Assembly (NCBI GenBank): GCA_965199955.1
Contig: CBDATQ010000002.1
Span: 1,536,001 to 1,600,000 of the forward strand
Direction: 5' to 3'
Length of the DNA: 64,000 bases
From: Spirochaetia bacterium
GTDB lineage: Bacteria; Spirochaetota; Spirochaetia; SZUA-6; Bin103
Shown: in pieces, positions 19,054-29,092 of the stretch
Position numbering within the stretch: position 1 is the stretch's first letter
How the letters are laid out: each line of letters starts with the position of its first letter
The notes under the pieces: model-generated
Databases searched by the model: none
Told to the model about the DNA's origin: nothing
What the model saw: only the letters and a program-made list of their open reading frames with translations
Translations under genes and position numbers: made by a program

Positions 19054-20763
19054 ATGAGAAAGGTCGCAATTCTGATCATACTTTCCATGGCGCTGCCGCT
19101 GTTCGCGGAAGGCGGGGGAGAGTCCGCAACGATGGAACCCGAACGGGGTATCTGGATCTGGGGGGTGCCGCGCGGACCCTTCGAAGGCGAGCTGCTCGAC
19201 GTCTCCAACGAATGGGCGCTCGAGAAGTTCGGCATCACCGTCGACCGGATCGACAAGGTGCCCACCGGTCAGACCGCCGACCAGGCGCTGCAGCTCCTGA
19301 TCGCGCAGGACCAGTTCCCGGACCTGATGTGGAACATGCCCTTCACGACCATGGCCGCCCTGGCGGCCGGCGGGCGGCTGCTGCCGCTCGACAAGTACTT
19401 CCGCGACTCCGTGAACTACCCGATCATCGCCAGCGCCTGCCAGACCTACATGTCGAAGTACAAGGTCAACGGCCAGATCTACGGCCTGCCCGGCTGGGAG
19501 TGGGCGGTGAAGTGCGAGGACGTGTCCATGGACGTCCTCTGGTACATCCGCAAGGACATCTACGAGGAGCATGGCAATCCGCAGACCACCGATGAGCTGC
19601 TCGACCTGCTGCGGGCGGTCAAGGCGTCCGGCCTGACCGACCTCAAGGGCGATCCGGTCATCCCGTTCCAGTGGCGCAGCGCCTGGTCGCCGGTCAACAG
19701 CCGGGTCATCTATCAGCTCAAGGGAGCCGGCTGGGAAGTGGACGCAGAAAGTCGGCTGCTGCCCGAGTGGGCGTCGGTGGAGACCTACGAGGCGTTCAAG
19801 TTCCTCAACCTGCTCTGGAACGAGGACCTGCTCGGCAAGGGTCAGTTCATCATGGACACGGCCGGATTCCAGGATCTGCTGAAGACGGCCAGCATCGCGG
19901 TCGCCACCGGCGAGCCGTGGTACGCGTCGCTCATCACCGACGTCGTCCCCGCTCTCATCGAGGAGTACGGCCGTGACGCGCCGCAGACGCAGGCCGCGCT
20001 CGACTCGCAGCTCATCATGATGGCCAACCCGATCAAGGACGCGCCGGGCCGGATCGTCAACAAGCAGCCCAACCCGTCGCTGATCTCGGCCGACATCCCC
20101 AACCCCGACGGGGTGATGAGCTTCATCCAGTGGCACATGACCGACGAGGGCCGGATCTCCAACATGTTCGCGGCCGGTTATCTGGGCGTGCACTGGGACT
20201 TCGTGGAGGGACCCGAGGTGTGGCGCATGAAGCCGGAGCTGCAGGGCAAGCATCCCCACGACACGCGGCAGATCGCCAACTCGCAGGACTCGGTCGAGAT
20301 CACCATTCAGGCGGGACGGCCGCCGCTGGTGACGCCGCACGCGCACTGGTTCGGCACGCCGAACTACGGCTCGTGGCAGCCGCGGCTCACCTACCACAGC
20401 CAGCAGTCGGCGCGCGAGAACGGCATCCTCGGCGAGCGCGTCGGCGATCTGTCGGCCGTGGTGAGCGCGATCCCGTCGTATTCGCAGCTCACGGTGGCGT
20501 TGCCGCCGCGTGAGGCGTCGGCGGTGGCCACGGCCCTGGAGCGGTTCGACGCCGCTCTGGCGGGGCTGATCACCTCCAGCGACTTCGAGGCCGACTACGA
20601 TGCCTTTCTTGCCAGCATGATCGACATCACCGACTGGCGGCCCATCTTCGAGGAGCGCCAGCAGCGGTGGGAGCAGTGGATGAGCGACAACAACGTCGAC
20701 GACCGCGAGTCGCTGCACACCGTCACGCCGCGTGCCGAGTGGGCCGCGGTGATGGGCTGGTAA
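19054..20763 (+). CDS. Extracellular solute-binding protein (carbohydrate ABC, family 1-like)
   Basis: SD GGGAGG; signal peptide MRKVAILIILSMALPLFAEGGGE; FPDL, NGQIYGLP, IRKD, PQTTDELLDLLRAVK. Confidence 0.85.
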   Translation: MRKVAILIILSMALPLFAEGGGESATMEPERGIWIWGVPRGPFEGELLDVSNEWALEKFGITVDRIDKVPTGQTADQALQLLIAQDQFPDLMWNMPFTTMAALAAGGRLLPLDKYFRDSVNYPIIASACQTYMSKYKVNGQIYGLPGWEWAVKCEDVSMDVLWYIRKDIYEEHGNPQTTDELLDLLRAVKASGLTDLKGDPVIPFQWRSAWSPVNSRVIYQLKGAGWEVDAESRLLPEWASVETYEAFKFLNLLWNEDLLGKGQFIMDTAGFQDLLKTASIAVATGEPWYASLITDVVPALIEEYGRDAPQTQAALDSQLIMMANPIKDAPGRIVNKQPNPSLISADIPNPDGVMSFIQWHMTDEGRISNMFAAGYLGVHWDFVEGPEVWRMKPELQGKHPHDTRQIANSQDSVEITIQAGRPPLVTPHAHWFGTPNYGSWQPRLTYHSQQSARENGILGERVGDLSAVVSAIPSYSQLTVALPPREASAVATALERFDAALAGLITSSDFEADYDAFLASMIDITDWRPIFEERQQRWEQWMSDNNVDDRESLHTVTPRAEWAAVMGW

Positions 20764-20868
20764 TCGCGGGGCGCACGACGATCCGACCGCGGATTCACAG
20801 ACGGCGTGGCCGAGCGGGAGTGTTTCCCGCTCGGCCACTTTTGCGTACACGCTACCAAGGAGGGGGCG

Positions 20869-22089
20869 ATGCCGATGACGAAGCGTGCTGCAGGCCTGGA
20901 GATCGCGTCTCGACCGTATGTCACGATGCTCGGCCCGGAGGCGGCCGACCAGCTCCGCAAGTTCCACACCCTGGAGTGCCTGCAGGAGCGTGGCTGTATC
21001 CTGCGCTACACCGACCAGGGGCTGCGGGCGCGCGTGCCGCCGATCGTTCCCTACGCGCCGTTCGAGCGCTCGCGCGTCTATACCGCGAGCCGCGAGGCCG
21101 GCTCCTGGAACATCGACTCGCAGCTCGCCGCGCTGGACGGCCGCTACTACTACGGGTTCACCAACGGCCGTCTCGACGAGGACACCGAGGGACAGCAGGT
21201 GCGCATCTCGCACTCCGCCGACGGGCGCGACTGGAGCCCGCCCGCGTCCGTGATCGGCGGAGATGAGGACACGCGCGACTCGTACAAGTGCGTCGGCCTG
21301 ACCGCGCTGAACGGATCGCTCTACATGCTGATCCGCTGGGCGCAGCGCGTGCGCGATCCGGACTCGACCGCGGTCGGCGGCGGCTACTACGCCGACTGGC
21401 ACAACGCGCGCACCTACGTCTACGCCTCACGCGACGGCAACTCCTGGTCGCGGGAAGCGGAGTTGCCGGAGCGCGTGGCGGCGACCTACGAGTCGCCTCG
21501 CCTGACCTCCGAAGGTCGGCTCCTCGGCGTGGCGTCGATCGACCGGCGCAGCGGGCCGGCGATCCTCCTGTGGCCGGGAGCGGACATCCTGCAGGAGCCC
21601 GAGATCCTGCCGCTGCCGCAGCCGTTCGGGGCGAAGCTGGACGGCGGCGAATCGAGCTGGTACCAGACCGATGACGGCACGATCGTGATCTTCTGGCGGG
21701 ACGAGAGCCAGTCGGGGCGCGTCTGGGTCAATCACAGCAGCGACGGCGGACGCACCTTCAGCGATCCCATGATCTCCGACATCCCGGACGCGATGTCGCG
21801 CAACTACGCGGGGCGGTTGACCGACGGCCGCTACTACCTGTGCAACAACGCCAACGCGACGCTGCACAACCGCATGCACCTGACGCTGCTGATCGGAGAG
21901 GACGGGTATCGGTTCGATTCCGTGCACATCCTGGTCGACGATCCGACCGACCAGCGGATCCTCGGGCTGCTCAAGCTGCCGGGCTACATGTATCCGTGCT
22001 GCCTGGAGGAGCCCGGCCGCCTGCTGGTCGGTTATTCCGTGAACAAGGAAGATATCGAGCTCGGCGCGGTGGACGTCACGGCCATCTGA
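20869..22089 (+). CDS. Sialidase-like BNR/Asp-box protein
   Basis: SD AAGGAGG; SADGRDWS, SRDGNSWS, SSDGGRTFS; GYMYP...YSVNKED C-terminus. Confidence 0.82.
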   Translation: MPMTKRAAGLEIASRPYVTMLGPEAADQLRKFHTLECLQERGCILRYTDQGLRARVPPIVPYAPFERSRVYTASREAGSWNIDSQLAALDGRYYYGFTNGRLDEDTEGQQVRISHSADGRDWSPPASVIGGDEDTRDSYKCVGLTALNGSLYMLIRWAQRVRDPDSTAVGGGYYADWHNARTYVYASRDGNSWSREAELPERVAATYESPRLTSEGRLLGVASIDRRSGPAILLWPGADILQEPEILPLPQPFGAKLDGGESSWYQTDDGTIVIFWRDESQSGRVWVNHSSDGGRTFSDPMISDIPDAMSRNYAGRLTDGRYYLCNNANATLHNRMHLTLLIGEDGYRFDSVHILVDDPTDQRILGLLKLPGYMYPCCLEEPGRLLVGYSVNKEDIELGAVDVTAI

Positions 22090-23019
22090 TCATTCCTTGA
22101 TGGAGCCGATCATCACGCCCTTGATGAAGTAACGCTGGATGAAGGGGTAGACGCACAGGATCGGCACCGTCGTCACCACGATGAAGGCGAATTTCAGCGA
22201 CTCCGGTGTCAGCCGATGGAGCTGTTGCAGCACGTTGTGATCGAGGCGCAAGTCGTCGCGGCCGGCGCCGCCGCCGTGGTGCCAGAGCGCCGCCAGGTGA
22301 TCGGACAGCCCGCCTTCCAGGATCGCTTCCTGGAGGAAGGTCTGCAGCGGCCGCAGGTCGGGCGCACTCACGTAGAACGCGCCGAAGAACCAGTCGTTCC
22401 AGTGCCACACGGCGTTGAATAGTCCCATCGTGGCGATCATGGGCAGCGACAGCGGCATCGCGATCCGGAAGAAGATCGTCAGGTAGTTGGCGCCGTCGAT
22501 CACCGCCGCCTCCACCAGCCCGTCGGGCAGACTCCGGAACGAGGTCTTCATGACGATCATCATCCACACGTTGAAGACGACCGGTATGACGTAGACGAGG
22601 AAGTTGTTGATCAGGCCGATAGTGCGCAGCACCATGTACAGGGGAATCAGCCCGCCGTTGACGAACATGGTGATGAAGAACAGCAGGATCACGGCGTTTC
22701 GGCCCACGAACTCCGGACGCGTCAGCGCGAACGCCGCGCCGCCGGTGACCATCAGCGTGAGCGGCACGGCCACGCCCACCCGCGCGACCGTGATCATATA
22801 GGCCTTCCAGATCCCGGTGACGGTGAACACCTGTTGGTAGTTGGCGTAGTAGAAGCCCCTCGGCCACAGGAAGCGGAGCGGAAAGCCCGGATCCGTGAAC
22901 GACCCCTGCAGCACGAACCAGAACGGGTACAGGGTCGCCAGCGCGAACAGCGTCAGGAACACGTGGTTGGCGACCCCGAACAGCCGCTCCGAAGCCGTCA
23001 AGCGATATCCGGCAACCAT
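22090..23019 (-). CDS. Carbohydrate ABC transporter permease (MalG/LplC-type)
   Basis: TMFVNGGLIP, EAA motif LVEAAVIDGA, AVWHWNDWF, YPFIQRYFIKGVMIGSIKE. Confidence 0.92.
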   Translation of the reverse strand: MVAGYRLTASERLFGVANHVFLTLFALATLYPFWFVLQGSFTDPGFPLRFLWPRGFYYANYQQVFTVTGIWKAYMITVARVGVAVPLTLMVTGGAAFALTRPEFVGRNAVILLFFITMFVNGGLIPLYMVLRTIGLINNFLVYVIPVVFNVWMMIVMKTSFRSLPDGLVEAAVIDGANYLTIFFRIAMPLSLPMIATMGLFNAVWHWNDWFFGAFYVSAPDLRPLQTFLQEAILEGGLSDHLAALWHHGGGAGRDDLRLDHNVLQQLHRLTPESLKFAFIVVTTVPILCVYPFIQRYFIKGVMIGSIKE

Positions 23020-23045
23020 CGTCGTTCCCTCTACCCCGCCGCTCC

Positions 23046-24029
23046 CTACGGAGGCAGCAGGCGGAGGAAGTTCCCGCCCGCGACCTTCGCCAGCGTCCCG
23101 CCGTCCACGCCGCGGCGATCCAGCACCTGGAACACGTCGTCGAGGCGCGACACGTCCGCCGGGATCGCCTCGCTCCACATCGGCAGGCCGTCGAAATCGG
23201 AACCGATGCCGACGTGGTCGGGTCCCATCACCTCGAGCGCGTGCAGCACGTGGTCGGCCAGCCGCTCCAGGGTCGGTTTCTCCCGGTCGATGAAGCCGGG
23301 GTAGAAGGCGATGCCCATCACCCCGCCGCGCTCGGCCAGCGCGCGCATCATGTCGTCGGTCAGCGACCGGGAGTGCGGGCAGAGCGCGTAGCACCCCCCG
23401 TGCGTGTAGCAGACCGGGACGTCGGCCGTCTCCAGCACCTCCCAGAACGCCGCATCGTTGCTGTGAGCCAAGTCCACGGGCATCGCCAGGCGGGCCATCT
23501 CCGCAAGCGCGTCGCGCGCGAACGGCGTCAGCCCCTTGGACTGCCGCCGCAGGGTCTCCCGCTCGGCGGGAGTGATGTAGCCGAAGAAGCTGTCGGAGTA
23601 CTGCAGCTCCGGAGGCCGGCCGCCGCCATGGGTGAGGTTGGCGATCCGGACGCCCAGCCGGTGCCATGTGCGCAGGTGGCCGAGCCGTTCGCGGAACATC
23701 GACTGCCCCTCGATCGTCATGACGATGGCTATCTTGCCGGCGGCGCGTGCCCGCCGCACGTCGCCGGCGGATCGGCAGAATGCGTACTCCCCGTCGGGGT
23801 CTCCGCACATGCCGTAGATCGAGTCGATCAGCGATACGGAGGCGTCGAGATCGCTGTCCCCGACCATGCAGAACAGGCAGTCGACGCCGCCCGCGCGCAG
23901 GCGCGGCAGGTCGATCTGGTAGCTCGGGTCGGGAGGCGTCAGGTCGACCGCATCGCTCTTGTTCTGGCGCCGGATCAGGGTGTCGCAGTGGGCGTCCACC
24001 ACCAGGAACGTGTCGGTCAGGCGCTCCAT
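23046..24029 (-). CDS. Membrane dipeptidase (peptidase M19)
   Basis: VDAHCD, GLTPF, VDLAH, THGG, DHVGIGSDFDG, GGNFLR. Confidence 0.9.
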   Translation of the reverse strand: MERLTDTFLVVDAHCDTLIRRQNKSDAVDLTPPDPSYQIDLPRLRAGGVDCLFCMVGDSDLDASVSLIDSIYGMCGDPDGEYAFCRSAGDVRRARAAGKIAIVMTIEGQSMFRERLGHLRTWHRLGVRIANLTHGGGRPPELQYSDSFFGYITPAERETLRRQSKGLTPFARDALAEMARLAMPVDLAHSNDAAFWEVLETADVPVCYTHGGCYALCPHSRSLTDDMMRALAERGGVMGIAFYPGFIDREKPTLERLADHVLHALEVMGPDHVGIGSDFDGLPMWSEAIPADVSRLDDVFQVLDRRGVDGGTLAKVAGGNFLRLLPP

Positions 24030-24033
24030 CGCA

Positions 24034-25263
24034 TCATCCCTCCGTGAACCACTCGCACGGCACCACCTTGACCTTGGTGCCGAAGTGCTTGCGTTTGCCG
24101 GTGACCGGGTCCGGCCGCCACCCGTAGTCGTAGCAGATCACGGCGTCGGTGCCGGCGAAGGTGATCGCCGAATAGGCGCAGCGCACCGCGCCGGGCGCGC
24201 GGTGGTAGCGGTTGCGGTCGATCGGCTGCTTGTAGCCGTCGATCGGCTGCTGGTACACCAGCAGGGGCGGCACCGGCAGGTGGCACTCGTCGTCCAGCGA
24301 CTCCAGGTTCCTGAAGTGCTTCCAGGTGCGCCCTTCGTCCGAGGACACCGCGCTGGAGAGGCGGTGCCGGGCCAGGCCGCCGGCGATCTCGTCGGGCGAC
24401 GCCTGGTTCCAGATCACCAGCAGGTCGCCGGAGCCGGGCAGGCGCGCGGTGGTCGGCGGCGCGTCGGCGGCGGCCAGCCCGCTCGGCTGCGGCTTCGACC
24501 AGCTTACCCCACCGTCTGCCGAGTAGCTCATGAACAGCGTACCCAGCCGGCAGCGGGCAAAGTTGATCAAGCGGCCTTCGCGCAGCTCCTCCGCCACCGG
24601 CTCGCCGTACTTCTCGAACTGCAGGTACTCGTACAGTCCCGGCGGCTCTTCCTCCACCAGGCGGAACCCCTTGCCGTCCACCAGGTCGTACTCGACGTCG
24701 TTGTGGCGGATCATCAGTTCGTTGGCGCTGCGCTGCCAGGTACGGCCCTCGTCGTCGGAGAAGTAGGCGAACGAATAGGAGAGCTGCGTGCCGTCCTGCT
24801 CGGCGTCTTCCACGTGGTGGCTGATCCAGCGGTAGGCGGGGCAGAGGATGCGACCGTCCTCCAGCACCCGCGCGCAGCCGTTGCGCAGAACCGCGAAGTG
24901 AGAGTCCACCAGGGTCTGTTCCGACCAGGTCCTCCCCTCGTCGGTCGACACCCGGAATCCTAGCGGACCGTCGCGGCCCGGCTGCTGGGGCAAGGTGGAG
25001 TAGAAAATGCCGAGCTTGCCGGAGGCCAGCCGCAGCGGGCTGGAACGCCAGCCGACGATCCGCTCGCCCGACACCGACCGGAGGAAGAACGGCTCCTCCC
25101 AGGTGCGGCAGCGGTCGCGCGAGACGATGCCCTGCAGGTAGCGCACTTCCCGCAGGCTGTAGGTGAGCATGACCGCCTCGTCTTCCAGCGTCACCACGCT
25201 CGCCTCCCAGGGGGTGAGGTCTTCCGCGATCGGCATGCACTCGAACGGTTCGGCTCCGGACAT
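24034..25263 (-). CDS. Sialidase-like BNR/Asp-box protein
   Basis: SRDRCRTW, STDEGRTW, SDDEGRTW, SADGGVSW, SSDEGRTW. Confidence 0.88.
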   Translation of the reverse strand: MSGAEPFECMPIAEDLTPWEASVVTLEDEAVMLTYSLREVRYLQGIVSRDRCRTWEEPFFLRSVSGERIVGWRSSPLRLASGKLGIFYSTLPQQPGRDGPLGFRVSTDEGRTWSEQTLVDSHFAVLRNGCARVLEDGRILCPAYRWISHHVEDAEQDGTQLSYSFAYFSDDEGRTWQRSANELMIRHNDVEYDLVDGKGFRLVEEEPPGLYEYLQFEKYGEPVAEELREGRLINFARCRLGTLFMSYSADGGVSWSKPQPSGLAAADAPPTTARLPGSGDLLVIWNQASPDEIAGGLARHRLSSAVSSDEGRTWKHFRNLESLDDECHLPVPPLLVYQQPIDGYKQPIDRNRYHRAPGAVRCAYSAITFAGTDAVICYDYGWRPDPVTGKRKHFGTKVKVVPCEWFTEG

Positions 25264-25282
25264 GTTGCTTCCTCCCCGAATC

Positions 25283-26191
25283 TCAGAAGATCCCGTGACC
25301 GACCGAGCCCTTGGAGACGCGGTTGGCGATCAGCGTCAGCGCCAGTCCGACGACCGAGTAGATCAGGCCGACCGCGGTGGCGAACGAGTACTGCCCCTGC
25401 ATGAGGCCGATGCGGATCACGTAGATGTCGGTGATGTAGGCGACCCGGCGAGTCGCGGGGTTGGCGAGATTCCAGATCTGGTCGAGGCCGGCCTGCAGGA
25501 TCGCCGGGACCTGCAGCACCAGCAGGATGGCGATGATCGGCAGGATTCCCGGCAGCGTGATGTTCCACGCCTGGCGTAGCCGTCCGGCGCCGTCGATCTC
25601 GCCCTGCTCGTAGAGCTCGGGGTTGATGCCGCTCATGGCGGCCAGGTAGATGATCGTGCCCCAGCCCACTTCCTTGAAGATCGCCGTAATCACCACCAGC
25701 GGCAGAAAGAAGGACTGATCGCCCATCAGCGCGACCGGCGCCAGACCGAACAGCCCGCGCACCAGGTTGATCGGGCTGTCGGCCTCGAAACCCAGAACAC
25801 GGTAGGTGATGCCGGCCAGGATCACCCAGGAGATGAAGTGGGGGAGATAGCTGATCGTCTGCACCACGCGCTTGAAGCCGGGGCGCCGCACCTCGTTGAG
25901 CAGCAGCGCCAGGACGATCGGCGCCGGCCAGGAGAAGACGAACTTGACGACCGAGATGCGTACCGTGTTGCGCAGCACGTACCAGAACTCGGAGTCCTGC
26001 AGGAACCAGAAGTTGTAGAACAGCGGCTTCGACCAGGGGCTCCGGAACGGGCCGAGCGAGGCGTTGAAGTCCCGGAACGCCAGCGTGATGCCGTAGATGG
26101 GCAGGTAGTTGAAGACGATGACTGCCGCGACCGCCGGCAGGGCCAGGACGTACAGCCAGCGGTAGCGCCACAGGTACTGGAGCGCTCCCAT
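25283..26191 (-). CDS. Carbohydrate ABC transporter permease (LplB/MalF-type)
   Basis: FNYLPIYG, QTISYLPHFISWV, KEVGWGTIIYLAA, ELYEQGEIDGAGRLRQ. Confidence 0.92.
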   Translation of the reverse strand: MGALQYLWRYRWLYVLALPAVAAVIVFNYLPIYGITLAFRDFNASLGPFRSPWSKPLFYNFWFLQDSEFWYVLRNTVRISVVKFVFSWPAPIVLALLLNEVRRPGFKRVVQTISYLPHFISWVILAGITYRVLGFEADSPINLVRGLFGLAPVALMGDQSFFLPLVVITAIFKEVGWGTIIYLAAMSGINPELYEQGEIDGAGRLRQAWNITLPGILPIIAILLVLQVPAILQAGLDQIWNLANPATRRVAYITDIYVIRIGLMQGQYSFATAVGLIYSVVGLALTLIANRVSKGSVGHGIF

Positions 26192-26229
26192 CGACTCCCG
26201 ATCATAGCGCCGCGTGCCCCGAAGCGTCG

Positions 26230-26420
26230 CGCTGGCGCCGGCGACTACCTGCGGCGCGCCACGGAGTCGTACGCCGGGGGTGCGGCCGGGCTGTCGCTGT
26301 GGGACTGTGACCGGCGCATCATCACCCGCAGCCAGTGGAACACGATCCGGCGCCTCGGCCACCGCGGCGACCTGCAGCGGATGGCCGCCGAGCCGTGCGA
26401 CCCCCTGAAGCACCGGTGCT
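26230..26420 (+). pseudogene. C-terminal remnant of a TIM-barrel glycosyl hydrolase-like (GHL10/DUF187-type) protein
   Basis: YLRRATESYAGGAAGLSLWD...QWNTIRRLGHRGDL pattern; no start codon. Confidence 0.4.
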
Positions 26421-26512
26421 CCTGGTCGACGGCTGGAACCCCTCGCACTACACGTAGCCTGGACGCGGTCAGTCGGACGCTGGACAATGAGCTGTCCATG
26501 GGAGGGGAGATT

Positions 26513-26857
26513 GTGAATGCCGTTGAGGACCAGATAGACAGAGCGACGATCCGGGCCATGGCGCAACTGATCGTCGAGCGCTTCGATCCGGAGCAGATCA
26601 TTCTCTTCGGCAGCCATGCCCGCGGCGAGGGCAGCGAGCATAGCGATGTCGACCTGCTGGTCGTGTTGCGCTCAGATGCTGTGAGGCCACGGCGCGGCAA
26701 TCCGATTCGTCGGGCGATTGCCGAGCGTTTCGTGTTGCCGGTCGACGTGATGGTCCGCTCTCCGGAAGTCCTTGCGGGGCAGCGCAAGGACCCGTATTCC
26801 ATGATTCACAAGGTGCTGGAGGAGGGGGAAGTATTGTATGAGCGACGTGTGGCCTGA
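26513..26857 (+). CDS. Minimal nucleotidyltransferase (MNT) antitoxin
   Basis: FDPEQIILFGSHARGEGSEHSDVDLLVV, PVDV, EEGEVLYE; SD GGAGG. Confidence 0.9.
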   Translation: MNAVEDQIDRATIRAMAQLIVERFDPEQIILFGSHARGEGSEHSDVDLLVVLRSDAVRPRRGNPIRRAIAERFVLPVDVMVRSPEVLAGQRKDPYSMIHKVLEEGEVLYERRVA

Positions 26858-27245
26858 ACGGAAGTGGTTTGAGAAGGCTGATCAAGATCTGGAGATCGCA
26901 CGTCGCGCTTTGGAGCCGGGGAAACCGCTGCCCGGGATAGCCTGCTGTCGCGCCCAACAATGCGCCGAGAAATATCTGAAGGGCTATCTGACTGCCAACT
27001 CCGTGTCTTTTCGCTTCGTTCATGATCTCGTTTATCTTACGCAACTATGCGCCGCGCGAGAGTCAGCCTTCGAGGAACTGATGTCGGCGGCCGAGATTCT
27101 GAGCGAGTATGGCGTGAGAGTACGCTACCCGATGGAGGTATCGGACAAGCCCGACACAGACGCGGCCAAAGAGGCGATCGGCCGGGCCGAACAGATCGCC
27201 GCCTTGGTCCGGCAAAGTAGCGGTCAGTCGCCCAGGACGCCCTGA
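26838..27245 (+). CDS. HEPN domain protein
   Basis: WFEKADQDL..A, AQQCAEKYLKG, HDLVYL, RYP; overlaps the MNT gene. Confidence 0.9.
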   Translation: MSDVWPERKWFEKADQDLEIARRALEPGKPLPGIACCRAQQCAEKYLKGYLTANSVSFRFVHDLVYLTQLCAARESAFEELMSAAEILSEYGVRVRYPMEVSDKPDTDAAKEAIGRAEQIAALVRQSSGQSPRTP

Positions 27246-27248
27246 ATC

Positions 27249-27480
27249 GTGGCGCCGATCCAACAGACCGCGCCGGTGCCGTGGGACGACCGCCGGGCGC
27301 TCGCCGCCGGCCTCGCCGACCTGCACGAGATGACCGTCAGGGAGCATCTGCACGGGATCGGCAGCGGGCTCACTGACGAAAGCGCAGAGGGTGGCCGCCG
27401 CGATGGCGGCCAACGGCTCTAAGGCGCCGCGCTACGACTTCGACGAGCACCGCACCTATTTCGCGCAACGCTGCGGCGCA
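27249..27480 (+). pseudogene. Internally deleted remnant of an AlbA_2/HATPase-type ATP-binding protein
   Basis: QTAPVPWDDRRA....DL.E..VREHL..IGSGL joined out of frame to AMAANGSKAPRYDFDEHRTYF; from memory these segments are far apart in intact homologs. Confidence 0.5.
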
Positions 27481-27569
27481 CGCGGAGGCGGTTCTGGCCG
27501 AGTTCGGGGAGCACGCGACGGCAGACGCGATGAGCGAGGTAGCGGAGGTGCTGGCCGCGGTCCGGCGCA

Positions 27570-27776
27570 CGCCTGATATCTCGCGGCTTCTGCGGCGAAG
27601 TTTTCGACACGGCGGCGCGGCTGAGCATGGCCTACTCGGAGGTGCGCCGCTTCTACGTCGATCTGCTCCCTGCTCCTGTAGGAACGGCCGGTCGGACCAC
27701 GCTTGGTCGCGACGTAGAGATCGCCATCCGCGAGCCGCGGTCCCGCCGAACGGGCCGGATCAGCGTCGGAGCGTAG
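27570..27776 (+). pseudogene. Possible XRE/HTH_37 (HigA2-like) remnant
   Basis: PDISRLLR..FR segment and terminal LGRDVEIAIREPRSRRTGRISVGA*. Confidence 0.35.
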
Positions 27777-27867
27777 ACACTCGGCTCAAGCGCGGAGGCC
27801 ACCAAATCGCCGACCTCAGGGGACCACGCCTGAGTCGAGGCAGTCTGTGTTCGTGTGCTCCCTGTTC

Positions 27868-28950
27868 TCAGAGCGCCTCGGCTACCAAGTCGCCGACCTC
27901 GGTGGTGGAGTAGCCCATCCGGCCGGCCGACATGCTCTGCATCTTCGGCGTGGTGGCTTGGATCGCGTTCTCGACCCGCTGTGACGCGCGGGCCAGGTTG
28001 TCCAGCCCCTTCTGCTCGCCCGTGACCGACAGCAGCATCCCCATGGCGGCGATGGCGGCGATCGGGTTGATCACGTTCTGCCCCGTGTACTTCGGCGCCG
28101 AACCGCCCATGCACTCGAACATGCTGCAGCCGCCCGGATCCGGGTTGATGTTGCCGCCGGCGCTGACGCCCAGACCGCCCTGAATCATGGCTCCGATGTC
28201 GGTGATGATGTCGCCGAACATGTTGGGCACCACCACCGTGTCGTAGTACTCCGGGTTCTTCACGAACCACATGCAAGCGGCGTCGATGTGGTTGTAGTCG
28301 CGGGTCACGTCCGGGTACTCGGGTCCCATCTCGTGGAAGGCGCGCTCCCACAGGTTGGCCGCGTAGGTCAGCACGTTGGTCTTGTGCACGAGCGTGAGCT
28401 GCATCTTGTCCTTGCGGCGGCGGCACAGCTCGAAGGCGTAGCGCAGGCAGCGGTCGACGCCGAAGCGGGTGGCGATCATCTCCTGGGTCGCCACCTCCTG
28501 CGGGGTATTCTTGCGCAGGAAGCCGCCGGCGCCGCAGTACAGGTCCTCCGTGTTCTCGCGCACGACCTCGAAGCTGATGTCCTCCGGCCCCTTGTCCTTC
28601 AGCGGCGTGTCCACGCCCGGATAGAGCTTGATCGGCCGCAGGTTGATGTATTGGTCGAGCTGGAAGCGGATGGCCAGCAGCAGCCCCTTCTCCAGGATGC
28701 CCGGCGTCACGTCAGGATGGCCGATGGCGCCCAGGTAGATGGCCTCGAACTGGCGCAACTCGTCGATCTGCTGCTCGGTGATCACCTCCCCCGTGGCCAG
28801 GTAGCGGTCGCCGCCGTAATCGTAGTCGACCCGCTCGTAAGAGATCCCCTCCAGCGGAGCCACCGCCTCCAGCACCTTGCACGCCTCGGCGGTTACCTCC
28901 GGTCCCGTGCCGTCACCGCCGATGACGGCGATCTTGATCGAATCGGACAA
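27868..28950 (-). CDS. leuB: 3-isopropylmalate dehydrogenase
   Basis: GDGTGPEV, NLRP, VRENTE, VHKTNVL, NMFGDIITD, GGSAP, NPIAAI. Confidence 0.88.
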   Translation of the reverse strand: MSDSIKIAVIGGDGTGPEVTAEACKVLEAVAPLEGISYERVDYDYGGDRYLATGEVITEQQIDELRQFEAIYLGAIGHPDVTPGILEKGLLLAIRFQLDQYINLRPIKLYPGVDTPLKDKGPEDISFEVVRENTEDLYCGAGGFLRKNTPQEVATQEMIATRFGVDRCLRYAFELCRRRKDKMQLTLVHKTNVLTYAANLWERAFHEMGPEYPDVTRDYNHIDAACMWFVKNPEYYDTVVVPNMFGDIITDIGAMIQGGLGVSAGGNINPDPGGCSMFECMGGSAPKYTGQNVINPIAAIAAMGMLLSVTGEQKGLDNLARASQRVENAIQATTPKMQSMSAGRMGYSTTEVGDLVAEAL

Positions 28951-29092
28951 CTGTTCCTCCCTTGTGCGGGCGCGATCCTACCAGATCGCTGGCCGGGCCG
29001 ACACGGCGAATTCGTCTCCGATCGCCGCGAGGACTCACGGCGCCGTGCGTCCTATGCTCGCGGGAACCCTTGAGGATCCCCAGGAGGCACCC

